Part shown: positions 1 through 13,162 of the stretch, piece by piece | How the letters are laid out: each line of letters starts with the position of its first letter | Numbering within the stretch: position 1 is the stretch's first letter | The notes under the pieces: model-generated | What the model was told of the DNA's origin: nothing | The model's input: the letters and a program-made list of their open reading frames with translations, nothing else | The model's database searches: none | NCBI RefSeq assembly: GCF_006345805.1 | Contig: NC_042998.1 | Coordinates: 10,664,001-10,728,000, forward strand | Source of the DNA: Octopus sinensis | Lineage: Eukaryota | Reading direction: 5' to 3' | Length of the DNA: 64,000 nucleotides | Position numbers and translations under genes: made by a program

Positions 1-1139
1 ATGTGTGAATAACCGCTTTTGCAACCATTGGCAAAATAATTCGGTCATTCTAAATTAAGATTATTCTATAATTGCCTTTAGACTTAAATAGCTTTTTGGG
101 GTGCAGTGCTTTATATCTTCCACTCCTTTTGTTTGCTGTTTCCCTTCTCCCTCTTCAACGTGATTTCTTCCTTTATCTTTTGTTGTTTGCGGCATTTGTT
201 TCTTTCAATTTTTCTCCTCCTTTTCTTTGCCTCATTCCCACCAGTTCACGTCGCACTTCCATCTTATGAGCACTCACACAACCTCTCATCCGGCCGTCGC
301 AAACCTATTTCAAATTTTCCATAATTCATTTGATCACAACCTAAGCGACCATACACCTTTCTCTCTATTCATAACTCTCAGGCAAAAGCAAAGCAACTGA
401 TACGTTAAATCTCACACTCCTCACGGCAATTAAACTTATTGAAGTCTTCTATTAAACTCGCCTAAGTAATGCATTGACTTGATAAAATTTTATTTCTTTT
501 CGCTTCATATATGTAATATATTGCAAATGTTTGCACTGACGGCTATTTAGCTACCAGGTGTAAACGTACTGACGAAGCACAAGTAACATCACCACCAAAA
601 CAGATTCAGCCCCTCTCCACCTCAAATGCAAACTCTACACACGTAAGCCGCGTAATTTAGCCCACGGTTAAAAATAGAAAGCGTACAAGGATGTTTAAAT
701 ATAAATAGAACAATCTAAATAAAAGCTCAGACAAATAATACGATAAGGACAATATGGAGAAGAATACATTTCTGTAATGCATGCATATTTTCGAGGAGAC
801 TCTAACAACACTAAAATGAACAGCTTGTGCATATATCTGGGAAACTAGTCCTGATCTAAAATTAGTTTTGTCCAAACAGACTACATAATTTAAGAAGATA
901 AACCTTCAAAAGGAAAGATGTAGTCATAAGCATAGAATTACGTTATTTAAAAGGAAGAATACTTAAAAAATACAAGCAACGAAGAAAGAATATTTTTGAA
1001 GAAGTGTGGGTCCCCTTTGAAGACTATTCTGATAAGTATATCAAATCCCAAGCAAAAACAAAAAGAAAAAGTACAAAAAGCAAACATAGAGATTGTTGAA
1101 AAAAGTAACAGAAAAGAACTATTAATCATAACTTAAATC

Positions 1140-1446
1140 AATAACGAAAAGACTTCAATGAAAAAGAAAATAAAAGGACAGACAAATGCTACAGAAATAA
1201 AGCATTAGAAAATATAAAGAATAAAGAAACTTCTGTATTATGATCTCTTTTAAGCAAAATACCTTCTCGTGAAAAATCGAGAAAATATTAGGAGTGGCTG
1301 TGTGGTAAGTAGCTTGCTTACCAACCACATGGTTCCGGGTTCAGTCCCACTGCGTGGCATCTTGGGCAAGTGTCTTCTACTATAGCCTCGGGCCGACCAA
1401 TGCCTTGTGAGTGGATTTGGTAGACGGAAACTGAAAGAAGCCTGTC

Positions 1447-1510
<64 letters not shown>

Positions 1511-1880
1511 GTATTTGTGTGTATGTTTGTGTGTCTGTGTTTGTCCCCCTAGCATTGCTTGACAACCTATGCAGGTGTGTTTACGTCCCCGTAACTTAGC
1601 GGTTCGGCAAAAGAGACCGATAGAATAAGTACTGGGCTTACAAAGAATAAGTCCCGGGGTCGATTTGCTCGACTAAAGGCGGTGCTCCAGCATGGCCGCA
1701 GTCAAAATGACTGAAACAAGTAAAAGAGTAAAAAGAGTAAAAGAGTAACAAGATCATGAAATTGAAACGAACAAGATGTGAGCTAGGAAAGTAAAATTAG
1801 AACCAGCAATAATCAGAGCGTTAGACATGATAAAGTAAAACATAAACCAAAGCATAAAAATTATTTTAGTTAAAAAAAAA
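1140..1880 (+). mobile_element. Highly degenerate R4/Dong-like non-LTR retrotransposon C-terminal (REL endonuclease) fragment, interrupted by a SINE at 1290-1747
   Basis: Manual translation gives ...REKSRKY on the left of the SINE and QDHEIETNKM(W)ARKVKLEPAIIRALD on the right, resembling the KYQDL..E...W.....VP.IIGALG tail of REL-type LINEs. It has many stops and frameshifts. Confidence 0.45.
1290..1747 (+). mobile_element. SINE group A (tRNA-like head, CORE-like segment, internal (TA)n/(TG)n, (AAGAGTA)n tail)
   Basis: A-box-like TGGCTGTGTGG, B-box-like GGTTCAGTCCC and TTGGGCAAGT segment; about 12 related copies in the window. Confidence 0.9.
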
Positions 1881-2677
1881 ACTATCTCGCCTAAGTACAG
1901 CCCACAATTCACGCGATACCCATCATGTTTAATAATAACACATATTACATTCTATACACAAATCACAAAACATCGTCACCTACTACAAATGCATAGAACA
2001 CATAGAACACATACTTGACATAGTTACCATCCAATAACAAGACACCTGACACATTCAAAGATAATCGACGCTCGATTCTATAGGGTGCTTCTGTGTTTTT
2101 GAGGATACTTCTTTCAAGATCTCCAACTTCCTTCTAACTTATTTTATTTACCTTACATTTTAGACAAGCTCTCAAGTCCGCCATAACCAGCGCTATGTCA
2201 AAATTCATCAAGATCGTCTGATTCGGGCATGCCAGCGCTTCTGACCGTGTACTGACGCAGCCATTGATACAAACGTTGGATTCATTAAATAGATGATGAT
2301 AAACAGATTCTCAAGATTATTTGAACCAATTTGTTTTCAAATACAGCTATTCATTGATGAGCTAGGCGTCTTTTCCTAAATTCAAACAAATCGTCACAAC
2401 CTTAAAACATCATTAAAACATTACACAACTTATAGTAGACACAACTACTACTCAATAATGGAGCACAACGCACACACGACATACTCTACAGTGAAGAGTA
2501 TGTAACAATCTCCTTGTGATGCTATAACTCAACTTGCCACACAATTTAGGCAAAACACGATTGCTACCCAATAAAGTGATATAACTCACATCGCAACAGA
2601 CACAACAAAAAGCAATGTTGCACACATCTCATAATCATGGAAGGTGCAGTTGAAACTTGCTTGAAACAGTGAACGTA

Positions 2678-2678
<1 letters not shown>

Positions 2679-2716
<38 letters not shown>

Positions 2717-2744
2717 CACTACCACCACCACCACCACCACCACC

Positions 2745-2788
<44 letters not shown>

Positions 2789-2861
2789 CACTACCACCAC
2801 CACCTCCACCACCACTTCTTCTACTACTACTACTACTACTACTACCACTACCACCACCACC

Positions 2862-2896
<35 letters not shown>

Positions 2897-3034
2897 CACT
2901 ACCACCACCACCACCACCACCACCACCACCATAACCACTACTACTACTACTACTACTACTATTACTACTACTACTACTGCTGCTGCTAAATAAGAACAAC
3001 AACAGTAATAATAATAATAATAATAATAATAATG

Positions 3035-3068
<34 letters not shown>

Positions 3069-3083
3069 TAATAATAATGATAA
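2679..3083. repeat. Compound trinucleotide microsatellite (TAC)n/(CAC)n/(TGC)n then (TAA)n
   Basis: Directly visible; source of the spurious poly-Y/H/V/S/G ORFs. Confidence 0.97.
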
Positions 3084-3407
3084 ATACAAGCAACAACACC
3101 AGGTGAGATTTAAGCAGAACACCGAGAACAACGTACGAGTAGACTACCAAAGTACAAAAAGTATTCATTAACTCCGATGAAATACTAACGAACCAAGTTG
3201 AAGGATAACTGTTTAATACATTTATCTATTAGTGAGGGGGTTATTGCCCTTCATCTCATAGAAGCAATGCATTGCAAATGTTCAAATAGGGCAGTGACAA
3301 CAACTTGCCTTAAACACATACGAATGGACACACAAGTCATATCAACACCGAGCCATTTCAATCGTCCCTAACACACAGCCATGCAAGTATAAGCCTTTGC
3401 ATCACTG

Positions 3408-3825
3408 ACGGCTGTGTGGTAAGTAGCTTGCTAACCAACCACATGGTTCCGGGTTCACTCCCACTGCGTGGCATCTTGGGCAAGTGTCTTCTGCTATAGC
3501 CCCGGGCCGACCAAAGCCTTGTGAGTGGGTTTGGTAGACGGAAACTGAAAGAAGCCTGTCGTATATATGTATATATATATGTATGTGTGTGTGTGTGGGG
3601 GGGGGGGTTGTGTGTCTCTGTTTGTGCCCCTAGCATTGCTTGACAACCGATGCTGGTGTGTTTACGTCCCCGTCACTTAGCGGTTCGGCAAAAGAGACCG
3701 ATATAATAAGTACTGGGCTTACAAAGAATAAGTCCCGGGGTCGATTTGCTCGACTAAAGGCGGTGCTCCAGCATGGCCGCAGTCAAATGACTGAAACAAG
3801 TAAAAGAGTAAAAGAGTAAAGAGTA
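3408..3825 (+). mobile_element. SINE group A copy
   Basis: Near-identical to 1290-1747. Confidence 0.9.
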
Positions 3826-3990
3826 TCACATGAAACACCAACAGCGGTTATAAAGGAAGGAAGGAAGGAAGGTGTTGGAAAAATCAAATAATGCAATAAA
3901 GAAACGTAGAAAACAATGAGAATGGAATAACAGGTCAGTCAATCCTTGATGAAGACACAGGTAAAAATAAAAGATACATAAATGGAAATG

Positions 3991-4005
<15 letters not shown>

Positions 4006-4072
<67 letters not shown>
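4006..4072. repeat. (AG)n microsatellite
   Basis: Directly visible. Confidence 0.98.
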
Positions 4073-4074
<2 letters not shown>

Positions 4075-4277
4075 CTATATCTACAAAGCAAATATTTAAG
4101 CCTACATTGTCAAGAAAATTCTTATAATTTACAATATATTTTCATGAAAATGTAGTTGTCAAGGTTCTTTCATTATTGGAGATTTCAGTTTTGACTAACT
4201 TATCTTGCACACAAGATAGCGTTTTTAATGTCCCTGTTTATACATCGGCATACTACAGAAGTGTGAACCCCGACCGA

Positions 4278-5198
4278 GTAGTTTCCTCATAGGTTTCTGA
4301 AAAATAGATATTTTTGAAGGAAATTTACTACAATGAGTTTCAGATGGTGGGGATTACGATTATATGGGTTTTTACGGAGAGCAAGATGAAGACGAATTTC
4401 GGATAATTCGCACGCCTCGAATTTGTTTCTTCATAACTTACAGAAAATTGGGTAATTTTAATGAAATTTTTCTGTAGCTAACTTTCATTTAATGTAAATT
4501 TAATGTGGGAAAATGGAAGGACGGATGATATTTCAAGCAACTAGACTTTGTTTCCTCAAACATTCTGACGATGTAGATTACATTTAGAGTTTTAAAAATC
4601 TTACTTTTGAAGACTATTCAACCTTTTCCCGACGATTTTCTCGAAGGAAATAATTATAGAAAAGTGAGTACAATGCGAACACTAATTATTGAACATATGT
4701 CTGTTTCATTATTTTATTGCAGTGTTAATATTTTTCATTTAAACAAACTAAAAAATAGCCCTTCTTCTACGTGGTCGTCTAATATGCTAGAAATAGCAGG
4801 GATCATGTATGTCTCAAAAGTATTTCTTTTCAACATAATTGTGATTATATCATCCAAAAGCATGAGGAAACAAAGTCGAGATGTCTGAAATATCTACAGC
4901 CTCCTCTCAGTTATTTTTTTACACATTGCATTTTGATATGATCGTCATCTACATCATTTGAAATATATTTATAGAAAATTTTATTAAAAATTACTTATGT
5001 TTCTGATAGTTATGAGGAAACAAAATGGAAGCGTGTGAATTATCCGAAACTTCTCTTCCACCGCCGGAAAAGTTTTTTCACAATAAATTCCGGTATAATT
5101 GTAATCTACACCATCTGAAACGCATTTGTAGAAAATTATCTTTAAAAAAATATCTACTTTTTCGATAATCTACTTTTCAGACAATCGCAAAGAAACTA
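4278..5198. mobile_element. Foldback-like element: imperfect long inverted arms built of ~130-180-bp subrepeats
   Basis: The TGAGGAAACAAA-type motif occurs at 4863 and 5013 (+) and at 4547-4558, 4422-4433 and ~4280 (-). The reverse complement of 4280-4436 aligns by eye with 5008-5170. Confidence 0.6.
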
Positions 5199-5399
5199 TG
5201 GGCATAAACAGCGAAGCAATTCCTTAAAAAAAATGTGCAGTTTCCCTCACAATCAAAAGAATTTTATGAAAAATTCAATTGAAACAAAATAGAAATAAAT
5301 CTAGCGCCCACAGATAGCAAGAAGCGTAGAAATTTCTGCAGTGAAGTATCGACCGCGAAGGGATCATCACCTCCGATATTATACGAAAAACCCCAAATG

Positions 5400-6430
5400 A
5401 AAACAAAACGCAGCACATATGCTTTTGTAGGAAGCCATGTGAAAACGTGGCTCTGGCGTAACAAAAAAAAACACACAAAAACAAGTGGAAGGCACAAGGA
5501 AATAATCAAATCTAAAACGTCTGGTTTAAATATATAATAAACACATAAAGTGCAAGCAGAATATTAGGAACATACTAAATAACAAGAAACTATATCTGTT
5601 TGGCTCACTGCGGAAAACGAAAAAACATCGTAGTTCTCAAGGTGAAAGAATCAGGAAACCCTGAAACCTACACACTGTTTAGAAAGCTTTAACTGCAATA
5701 ATATCACAATAAATAAAAAAACCAGAAAAACAAAACAACAAACAACAAAACAAAAACAAACATTTACACAAAAGCAGAAGTGTGCATGCAAAGATCAATT
5801 ACTGACCAACAAAACAATTATAACTGAAAATTACAGAAAGAAGGGTTTTAGCATGGCATTGCTTAATACGGATACGAAAAAAAATATCTTTCGACAGTGT
5901 TCATCACACATGAATCTCAGACACATTAACCCTGAAAAGTGTAGTGCTTATAATAAGTAGGTACATATATAAACGGTAAACAACGCCACAGGTTCAAATA
6001 AGGGAATTATAAAAAAGTTTATCCTGTCTCTGTTCGAAAGGAAATATCCCAAGAGGACCCTCTCTACAATCTCTTTTTGCTTCCAAATGATATTTCTTAC
6101 CATAATGATAAAAATCGCAGTATATGGAACACCTCAAAATGTACGCTAAACAACTAGAAAGAGTGGTATTACCATGGCACGGATTTACACGAATTGATTT
6201 TAAATGGGAGTTAGAAAATGTGCCAAAATAACTTTAATGAGTGGAAAATTAATTATAAATATTAATATCATGTTATTTTTTGAAATAAAGAAACAGAATA
6301 TAGAGAATTAGAGTAGATACGGATATGAAATATATATATAGGAAATAATGAACTACACCGAGTATAAGACAAAGTAAAGAAAAGTTCAAGATGAAATTCA
6401 GAACCATTAGTTTAATACTTAAGACAGTTA
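5400..6430 (+). mobile_element. Degenerate R4/Dong-like reverse transcriptase fragment
   Basis: Frameshifted motifs in correct order: WKAQGNNQI.NVWFK, CKDQLLTNKTII, FDSVHHT(W), GISQEDPL (GIFQGDSL-like), YMEHLKMYAK (YMDDLKLYAK-like), GVRKCAKI. Confidence 0.7.
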
Positions 6431-6434
6431 AAGG

Positions 6435-6466
<32 letters not shown>

Positions 6467-7019
6467 TACTAACAACAACAATAACAATAATATGTTATAA
6501 GTTACAGCTACAATATTCTTAACTGGACTCTAAACGAACTAGTGAAAATAGACAGGAAAACAAGAAAAATAACTGTGCCTCAGTGAAACGAGTGCGAAAG
6601 ACACGCGAAATCAACATCGGAAAGTTTACAAATTATAAAATATAAGTGGAACAAAACATTAAGTACGTAAATTGATTAATTACGCATAAACTCAAAAGTG
6701 TACACAATCATATATACATTTTGATATCCATAAGATTACACATATATCCCAATGCTTACACAACTACGTGAAATTTATAGGACACACATACACGCATAGG
6801 AAAGCACGTGTCACAAACGAAACCAAACAAAATAACACAACAATTTTTTTTCATTTTTCGAACCAACACAATCAGAGTGAACAATTCATAAGTCTAAAAT
6901 TACTACAAAAAACTATGCCCGGAGATAACTATATTACAGAAAAAAGATTACAGACGAATATAGATTTGTTAATCATAAGAAGATACGTTACGAGCAATGT
7001 TTTCAATCAGAGAACTCGG

Positions 7020-7930
7020 AGGCGGTGTTGTCTCAAAAAATTATCCCTAAACAGACAGATCCACCCCAGAATGTCAACGTCCAAGCTCGTAATGCCTCAA
7101 TGATAACAGCAAAATACAAACCGGATCTGCTGTCACTCGGGTTAGTAAGGGTCGAGCACCCAAGTGAGGAACCAGACTGGGTATGAAAAATCAGCCACTG
7201 GTTCAAATCTTCCCGAAACACAGGAGCTGGAAGTAACCCACAATCGGAATATTCCAACAGATAGCCATCCACGCTCGTCATCAAATAACAAAAAGAGAAA
7301 AAAAAATGAAAAATTGTCAAGGGAGATAATAAAGAAGTTCTTAAGTCCTTCTATCATTCCATGTATTTCCCTACGAATAAATCTAATACTGAACAAACCT
7401 ACCTAAACTGGAGACAGAAACACCTTGAAGTAAGACAGTAACATAGACAGTAACAACGTCAGAAGAAACATTATGAAAAAGAAATTATTAACTGAATTAG
7501 AGATTGACCAAATTAAACAATCAGTAAGGGATGAAAGGAACGAAGCTGCAGCTAAAGAAGATACGACAGAGGAAATAATTATAGACCCATCCAGGTCTGA
7601 TGAAAATGCAGTAATGATAGAAAGAGTCAATGTAACTGATAAACAAAGTGAAATACTCTCTGAACCAACCATAAGCACCAAGATAGATGAAAATCAAATA
7701 GATGAAGTAAATCACACAGAAATTGACCCAAATGACGTAGATGATCTAAAAAACCAAATCATGATTGAATGGATGAAAATTTAAGCAATCAGTATGAACA
7801 AACGTGACACACTTCCAAAAATTTGCGACGCTAACCAAAACCTGAAAGTAATTGGTAAAATTCGCCTTGCACTTAAGGATATAATTTCAGCTAATGATGT
7901 TGATATTACAGATCTCAACCACCACAGCGT
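7020..7930 (+). mobile_element. R4/Dong-like LINE ORF N-terminal fragment
   Basis: SREDNKEVLKSFYHSMYFP...NVRRNIMKKKLLTELEIDQIKQSV and RDTLPKI...DITDLNH resemble the N-terminus of R4-clade ORFs (ORF track 7473-7784 and 7794-8078). Confidence 0.6.
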
Positions 7931-7989
7931 TCTGTGGTATAATCTGGTATTCGGGTTACATGTATCATCTAACATTGGTAGGGAATTTT

Positions 7990-8850
7990 TCTCCGCATTA
8001 GATAGACGCTCTAACAAATCTAGTAGATATTATAACAGTTTTAATAGGTATATGGCGAAACTGTCCCATGCAACATGAAATAACCTGGAATCCCATATGC
8101 ATGAACTTAATAATAAAATCTGAATCAAACGAGGAAAAATGTTAAAAATATAGGCCGAGTTAACGTGGGTCCCGCAAATAGGGATAACTATAATAATAGA
8201 AGGCATAATCAAAGTAGTCCAAATGATTCTAACATTAGTAATATCAACATTGATATAGATAGTATAAATAACGATAGGAATGGTGTAAATACTAATAATA
8301 ATGATATTGGGAATAACAGCAATGATAACAATGAGTATGGCAATAATAATAACAATAACAGTGCTACTAAGAAGAAAACCATAAAAAGGAAGAAGACAAG
8401 TAATAGTCTAGTTGGAGATAGTAAAAATTTGTAACTGTAGAGATGGGATAGCATGTCCTCTAGCAAACGAATGTTTGCGTTGAAACATTGTATTGTAAGA
8501 ACTAGTGTACACGCTTGTGCGTATATCGGTGCAACAAACGACAATTTCAAGAATCGCTAGAGAAACCACATTGCATCACTTGAGAATATCTGCAGAAGGC
8601 AATGCATATCACTCGCTGACCTGATCTGGAACTTCAAACAGAAATAAGATGCAATACAGCATGACTTGGTCAGTGATACGGAATGCACATCCCTACAATG
8701 CATACGCGGAATCGTGTAACCTATGCTTGGAAGAGACACTATGCATCATATTATGCTATGATAACATCATTTACAAGCACGCTGAAATGTTTCAAAAATG
8801 TAACCCTAGACTTAAAAGCTTGTTTTCGGAATTCGGAAAAAACCTCTAAT
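7990..8850 (+). mobile_element. Penelope-like element C-terminal GIY-YIG endonuclease fragment
   Basis: FNRYMAKLS..., CNCRDGIACPLANECL, AYIGATNDNFKNR.RNH and YSMTWSVIRNAHPYNAYAESCNLCLEE form the PLE CxC-CP-YIG-CxxC layout. An (AAT)-rich expansion lies at ~8190-8400. Confidence 0.85.
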
Positions 8851-9331
8851 ATATAAGACTATATCACAAATATGTTTATTCGCGTATAATAATATTACTA
8901 TAGAGATATCTTCAATATTCATTCTACAATTACCTCTCGGAAGTGCATATACTTTTATATCTGATGATGAACACATCTAAGCTATAGTTGTTTCATTTTT
9001 AACCAAACGACTTTATACAATACGAACTGTTATAAAAGGGCTTTATATATAATTTTATTTATTAGGGAATAAAAATTCTGGCGTCACAGGGATTCAAATA
9101 AAATTAATTATTCTCGATAAGAAATATATGTTATGAAGAGTCCTGGTGATTGGGGTTGTATTTAAGACATGTTCTTGTAAAAGACTGCCTGTGTAAGGAA
9201 CGTTAAACGCACCTCATGAAACAGGTGTAGAAGAGAAATTTGGAAATGATTAGTAAGTATTAAAATATAATTATATGATATGGTGTGATGTATATTAGGA
9301 TTTGATGAATTTCATGGCGACTTCTATCTCT

Positions 9332-9378
<47 letters not shown>

Positions 9379-9729
9379 TACTCTTTACTCTCTTTTACTC
9401 TTTTACTTGTTTCAGTCATTTGACTGCGGCCATGCTGGAGCACCGCCTTTAATCGAGCAACTCGACCCCGGGACTTATTCTTTTGTAAGCCCAGTACTTA
9501 TTCTATCGGTCTCTTTTGCCGAACTGCTAAGTAACGGGGACATAAACACACCAGCATCAGTTGTCAAGCAATGCTAGGGGTACAAACACAGACACACAAA
9601 CACATACACATACATATATATATATATACATATATACGACAGGCTTCTTTCAGTTTCCGTCTACTAAATCCACTCACAAGGCATTGGTCGGCCCGAGGCT
9701 ATAGCAGAAGACACTTGCCCAAGATGCCA
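9379..9729 (-). mobile_element. SINE group A copy, 5'-truncated
   Basis: Reverse complement of the group A body and tail; lacks the tRNA head. Confidence 0.88.
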
Positions 9730-11023
9730 ATAGCTCGTATGACGTATGGTTAAAAGTGAAACTATAGGATAGATCTGTTTATCCTCAGGTACAAATGTAT
9801 ATGCATTTATAAGGTATAATTATAGAATATATGTTGAGAGTATTTCTCTAGTAGTATTAGTATACGCGAATAGACACATCACGATATATAGAACTATGTA
9901 AGTATGCATGAACAAACCTTGCAAGTTTATCCTTTAAAATTAAATTCCTCGTAATTCCAAATGAATGGATATAAATAGAAAATAGTATTTATATACGAAC
10001 ATAATTTTAGGTTTCATAAGTAGAGAAGCATGAGTGGGTACGCATTCATGAGAATGGAAAGTGCTAGTGTATCTTTGAATAAATATATGTATGTATATAC
10101 ACACCTATGTACATTTGGGTTGGATAGATGTATATGTATGTATGTATGTGTACGTGTGTATGCAAACTAATTTCTTAATTAAATAGCCTTTCTTTATAAC
10201 TTGAAAAGTAGCAGGGTAAAGGCAATAGTAGTGACTTCTCATGTCTAAAATTAAGTCTGTTTTTGCTATCCTGCTGCCTGCTGTTAAGGAAGTGAAGTGT
10301 TTTTGTTTGGAGTGGAACGGTAACATTCATAAGAAAGAGTGATGGTTATAGGTTAATGGTTACTCTTTTACGACATTCATATCCTTAAATGTTCTTTTTT
10401 CATTTTCCTAAAATTTCAAAAAAAATCTGTGATTAAAGATGGAATAAATATGTGGTTTCTTTATTCTTTTCTTTTTAATGTTCTTTAACTTGTTTTTGTT
10501 GTTTTTTCTCATTTGTGTTTCTTTGTATTTCCTTGGTCCTCTTTGTGTGAGTATTGATGAAAATAGTATTTGGTATGCGTTTCAATGTGGATAAACAAAG
10601 AATGATACAGCAGTGCTTTGACTCTGGTCATCCGAGCATTCACATGCATACAGCAATTCTTGAATCATATTAATACAATATTCCGCAAGTTCAGCAATTA
10701 ACAGCTGATAATGACGTGTGGAAACAGTTGTAGGGAATTGTAATAAGGCCTGCTCAATCCATTTTCTTGTATTAAAATTTGTTTACACACACACACAATT
10801 CCGGTTATAACTGGTCCATAAAGGATCGAGGCATATCAACGTGAAAATACGACACTAATTGGTTAAACAGAATTACGTAGAGCAGATAATGAAGGAATCC
10901 ATTATCCAAGCATGAAAGGCATCGAAGAAGTATTTTCCCTGTTGTTAGGTAATTTACAACTCCGATGGAATTCCAAAGTGTCAACGAACAGAGGAACGTT
11001 TCGTGTGGCGTAAAAGAACAATA

Positions 11024-11103
<80 letters not shown>

Positions 11104-11218
11104 ACGGAAATGTACTTGCATAACAAGTGATTTGATCTGAGATCGTATGCTGGAACGAAAACAATTGCAGCGTGTGGAAGGTGTTTATAAGCCATTTAAG
11201 AAACACACAAAAACCGTG

Positions 11219-11294
<76 letters not shown>

Positions 11295-11480
11295 CCAGGG
11301 AGAGTTTACGAAAAAAACAAAAGACGAAGACAGGTGGTATACAAAACAAACAGATGTATTAGTATGACGCTCAGGAATAGAAAAAGTCTTTTACGTTTCG
11401 TGCCTACGCTCTTCTACAGAAAGAGACACAGAAAACAAGGAGAGAAAAATGTGTGTAGTGGCTAACGATCTATCATGGCG
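11295..11480 (-). mobile_element. Short TA-associated PLE-type element carrying a hammerhead-like fold (family H1)
   Basis: Homologous to 32507-32660 and 36720-36930; motif at 11387-11424. Confidence 0.7.
11387..11424 (-). ncRNA. Minimal hammerhead-like motif, CUGUAGA core variant
   Basis: Minus strand TCTTT-CTGTAGA-A-GAGC-GTAG-GCAC-GAA-ACGT-A-AAAGA, with one stem II mismatch. Confidence 0.5.
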
Positions 11481-11606
11481 TCTGAAAGTAAGTTATATAT
11501 ATATATAGCTTACTTTCAAATGGATGCGTGGCATTCAACCATATAATATAAATAATATATATATATATATATGCACATGCATATATACATACATATATGT
11601 ACATAC

Positions 11607-12050
11607 ATATGCATATATGGATATAGGACGTCACAGAACGTAAACAACATGAAATACGAAATACGAAAACGTGTAATACGAACTTTTTTGCGAACAGCGA
11701 AAGAAACAAATGGAAAACAAGACACCCAACATAAAGAACGACCCTTCATTAGTTGTCGGCTGTTTTCTACTCCGTATTTCGAGCAATTCACGACAAGATA
11801 CGCCTTCGACAAAACAGTTGCTCCCGCAAACCAAATTAAATAAAAAATGGGATTTTGCGGAGGGTCAAAGCTGGTAAAAAAAACAGGACAGTGAAGACTA
11901 ACAGGAAGGACTGCTAAGCGTAAACGAGGTGAAGTGGTGAACGCTGGTGGAACCTCCCCTTCGCCGTTCTCTGACTGTCCCTCTCTCCCACTCCCTCTTC
12001 CTTCTTTGCTCTCTCGTTGCTCGCTCGTGACCATTGGCTATCTTTCTTTT
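11607..12050 (-). mobile_element. Probable PLE pseudo-LTR-like fragment with a decayed hammerhead-like fold at 11760-11817
   Basis: Minus strand CTGTTT..TGTCGAA-GGC...GCTC-GAA-ATACGGAGT-A-GAAAACAG; abuts a (TA)n array. Confidence 0.4.
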
Positions 12051-12798
12051 CCTAACTTGAATTTCTTTCTTTCCTTATGATCAGCTGCAGGGATCAGACG
12101 TATTCTTGTCTGTCTCTTGTCAAAGCTTGTTCCACCTCACTCCAATGGTTGAAACAAGTAAAACAAAAAGAAATGTTATCGAATTTCCTTTGGTAATCTG
12201 TTATTTCAAAGTGAGATTCGTCCGAGATTAAAGTACGACAAGAGCAACCGACAGGAAGAAAGAAACAAAGAGGTCACGTTGTTTCACTGTTGCTATTTAT
12301 TCGAGATGACGCAGATTGTGTCAAGAAATATCCTCTCCATGCCAACATAGAAGAAGAAATGTAAAGAACGATGATGATGCTAATGATGGTACTGATGGTA
12401 GTGGTGGTGGTAGTGCCAAAGAGGACACCTAATTAAAAAATAGCAACTTAAATAGCTCAAAAGATTTTGTTTTGTTGTAGAAATTTTAATGATCATTGAG
12501 TTTATATATCAGCTTTCATTTTTTTTATCCTGAAGACATTTGGAGTGAATATTTGGGATTGCGATAGTGACGATCCCTGAGTTAATATTTTCCGTTTTGA
12601 CATTTATGTATATATTGACTTGTAAAGTAACATGAAAATGAATAACAATGACAATTACTACATAATGTGACACAATCATTCTCCCAAGAGAGTTAAGAAT
12701 GAGTCATTAAAAAGCTAGAAGTGTTGAGTGCAGTCAACAACACACACGAAAAAATACGATGAAAAATATTACTTCTAAGTCAAAATATCTAATTCAAC

Positions 12799-12868
<70 letters not shown>

Positions 12869-13162
12869 ACACACACACACACACACACACACGTACACAC
12901 ACGCAAATACACACACATGTATGTATGTATATATCAGAGGCGACATCAGATCATCCGCGTCACTCGGGCTCATCACAAATTTCGCATAAGACACATGTAT
13001 AAAAGAAGGTAAGGTACGTAATGCACACCGCAGACTTACATATGCACGGATAATTTAACAGTGAGTAAGTTTGCTGCTTCTAACGAAAGACTGCCTCACG
13101 TTTTCCCGCAATATTTCTAGCCTCAAATGGCTTATTTCTTATACCTAGCACTATGTCTTTCT

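Noticed and set aside
1-1100. Short ORFs at 72-324, 657-875 and 947-1129
   Set aside because: Compositionally biased with no recognisable domain; probably old retroelement debris.
1250-1555. Recurrent ORF MLGGQTQTH...RQASFSFRLPNPLTR, found many times in the window
   Set aside because: It is the antisense reading of the group A SINE, not a gene family.
2564-3168. Poly-V, poly-Y/H, poly-S/G and poly-I ORFs
   Set aside because: They are translations of trinucleotide microsatellites.
8955-9025. CTGATGA followed by a TGAAACA/TGTTTCA stem after the PLE ORF
   Set aside because: No GAA follows stem II and stem III is unclear; too decayed to call a hammerhead. The same applies to weaker look-alikes near 569, 2250, 3175, 28427, 45233 and 63943.
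10200-10700. A-rich minus-strand stretch resembling a PLE ORF N-terminus (also 14690-15100 and 19800-20420)
   Set aside because: No diagnostic motif could be read; left unassigned.
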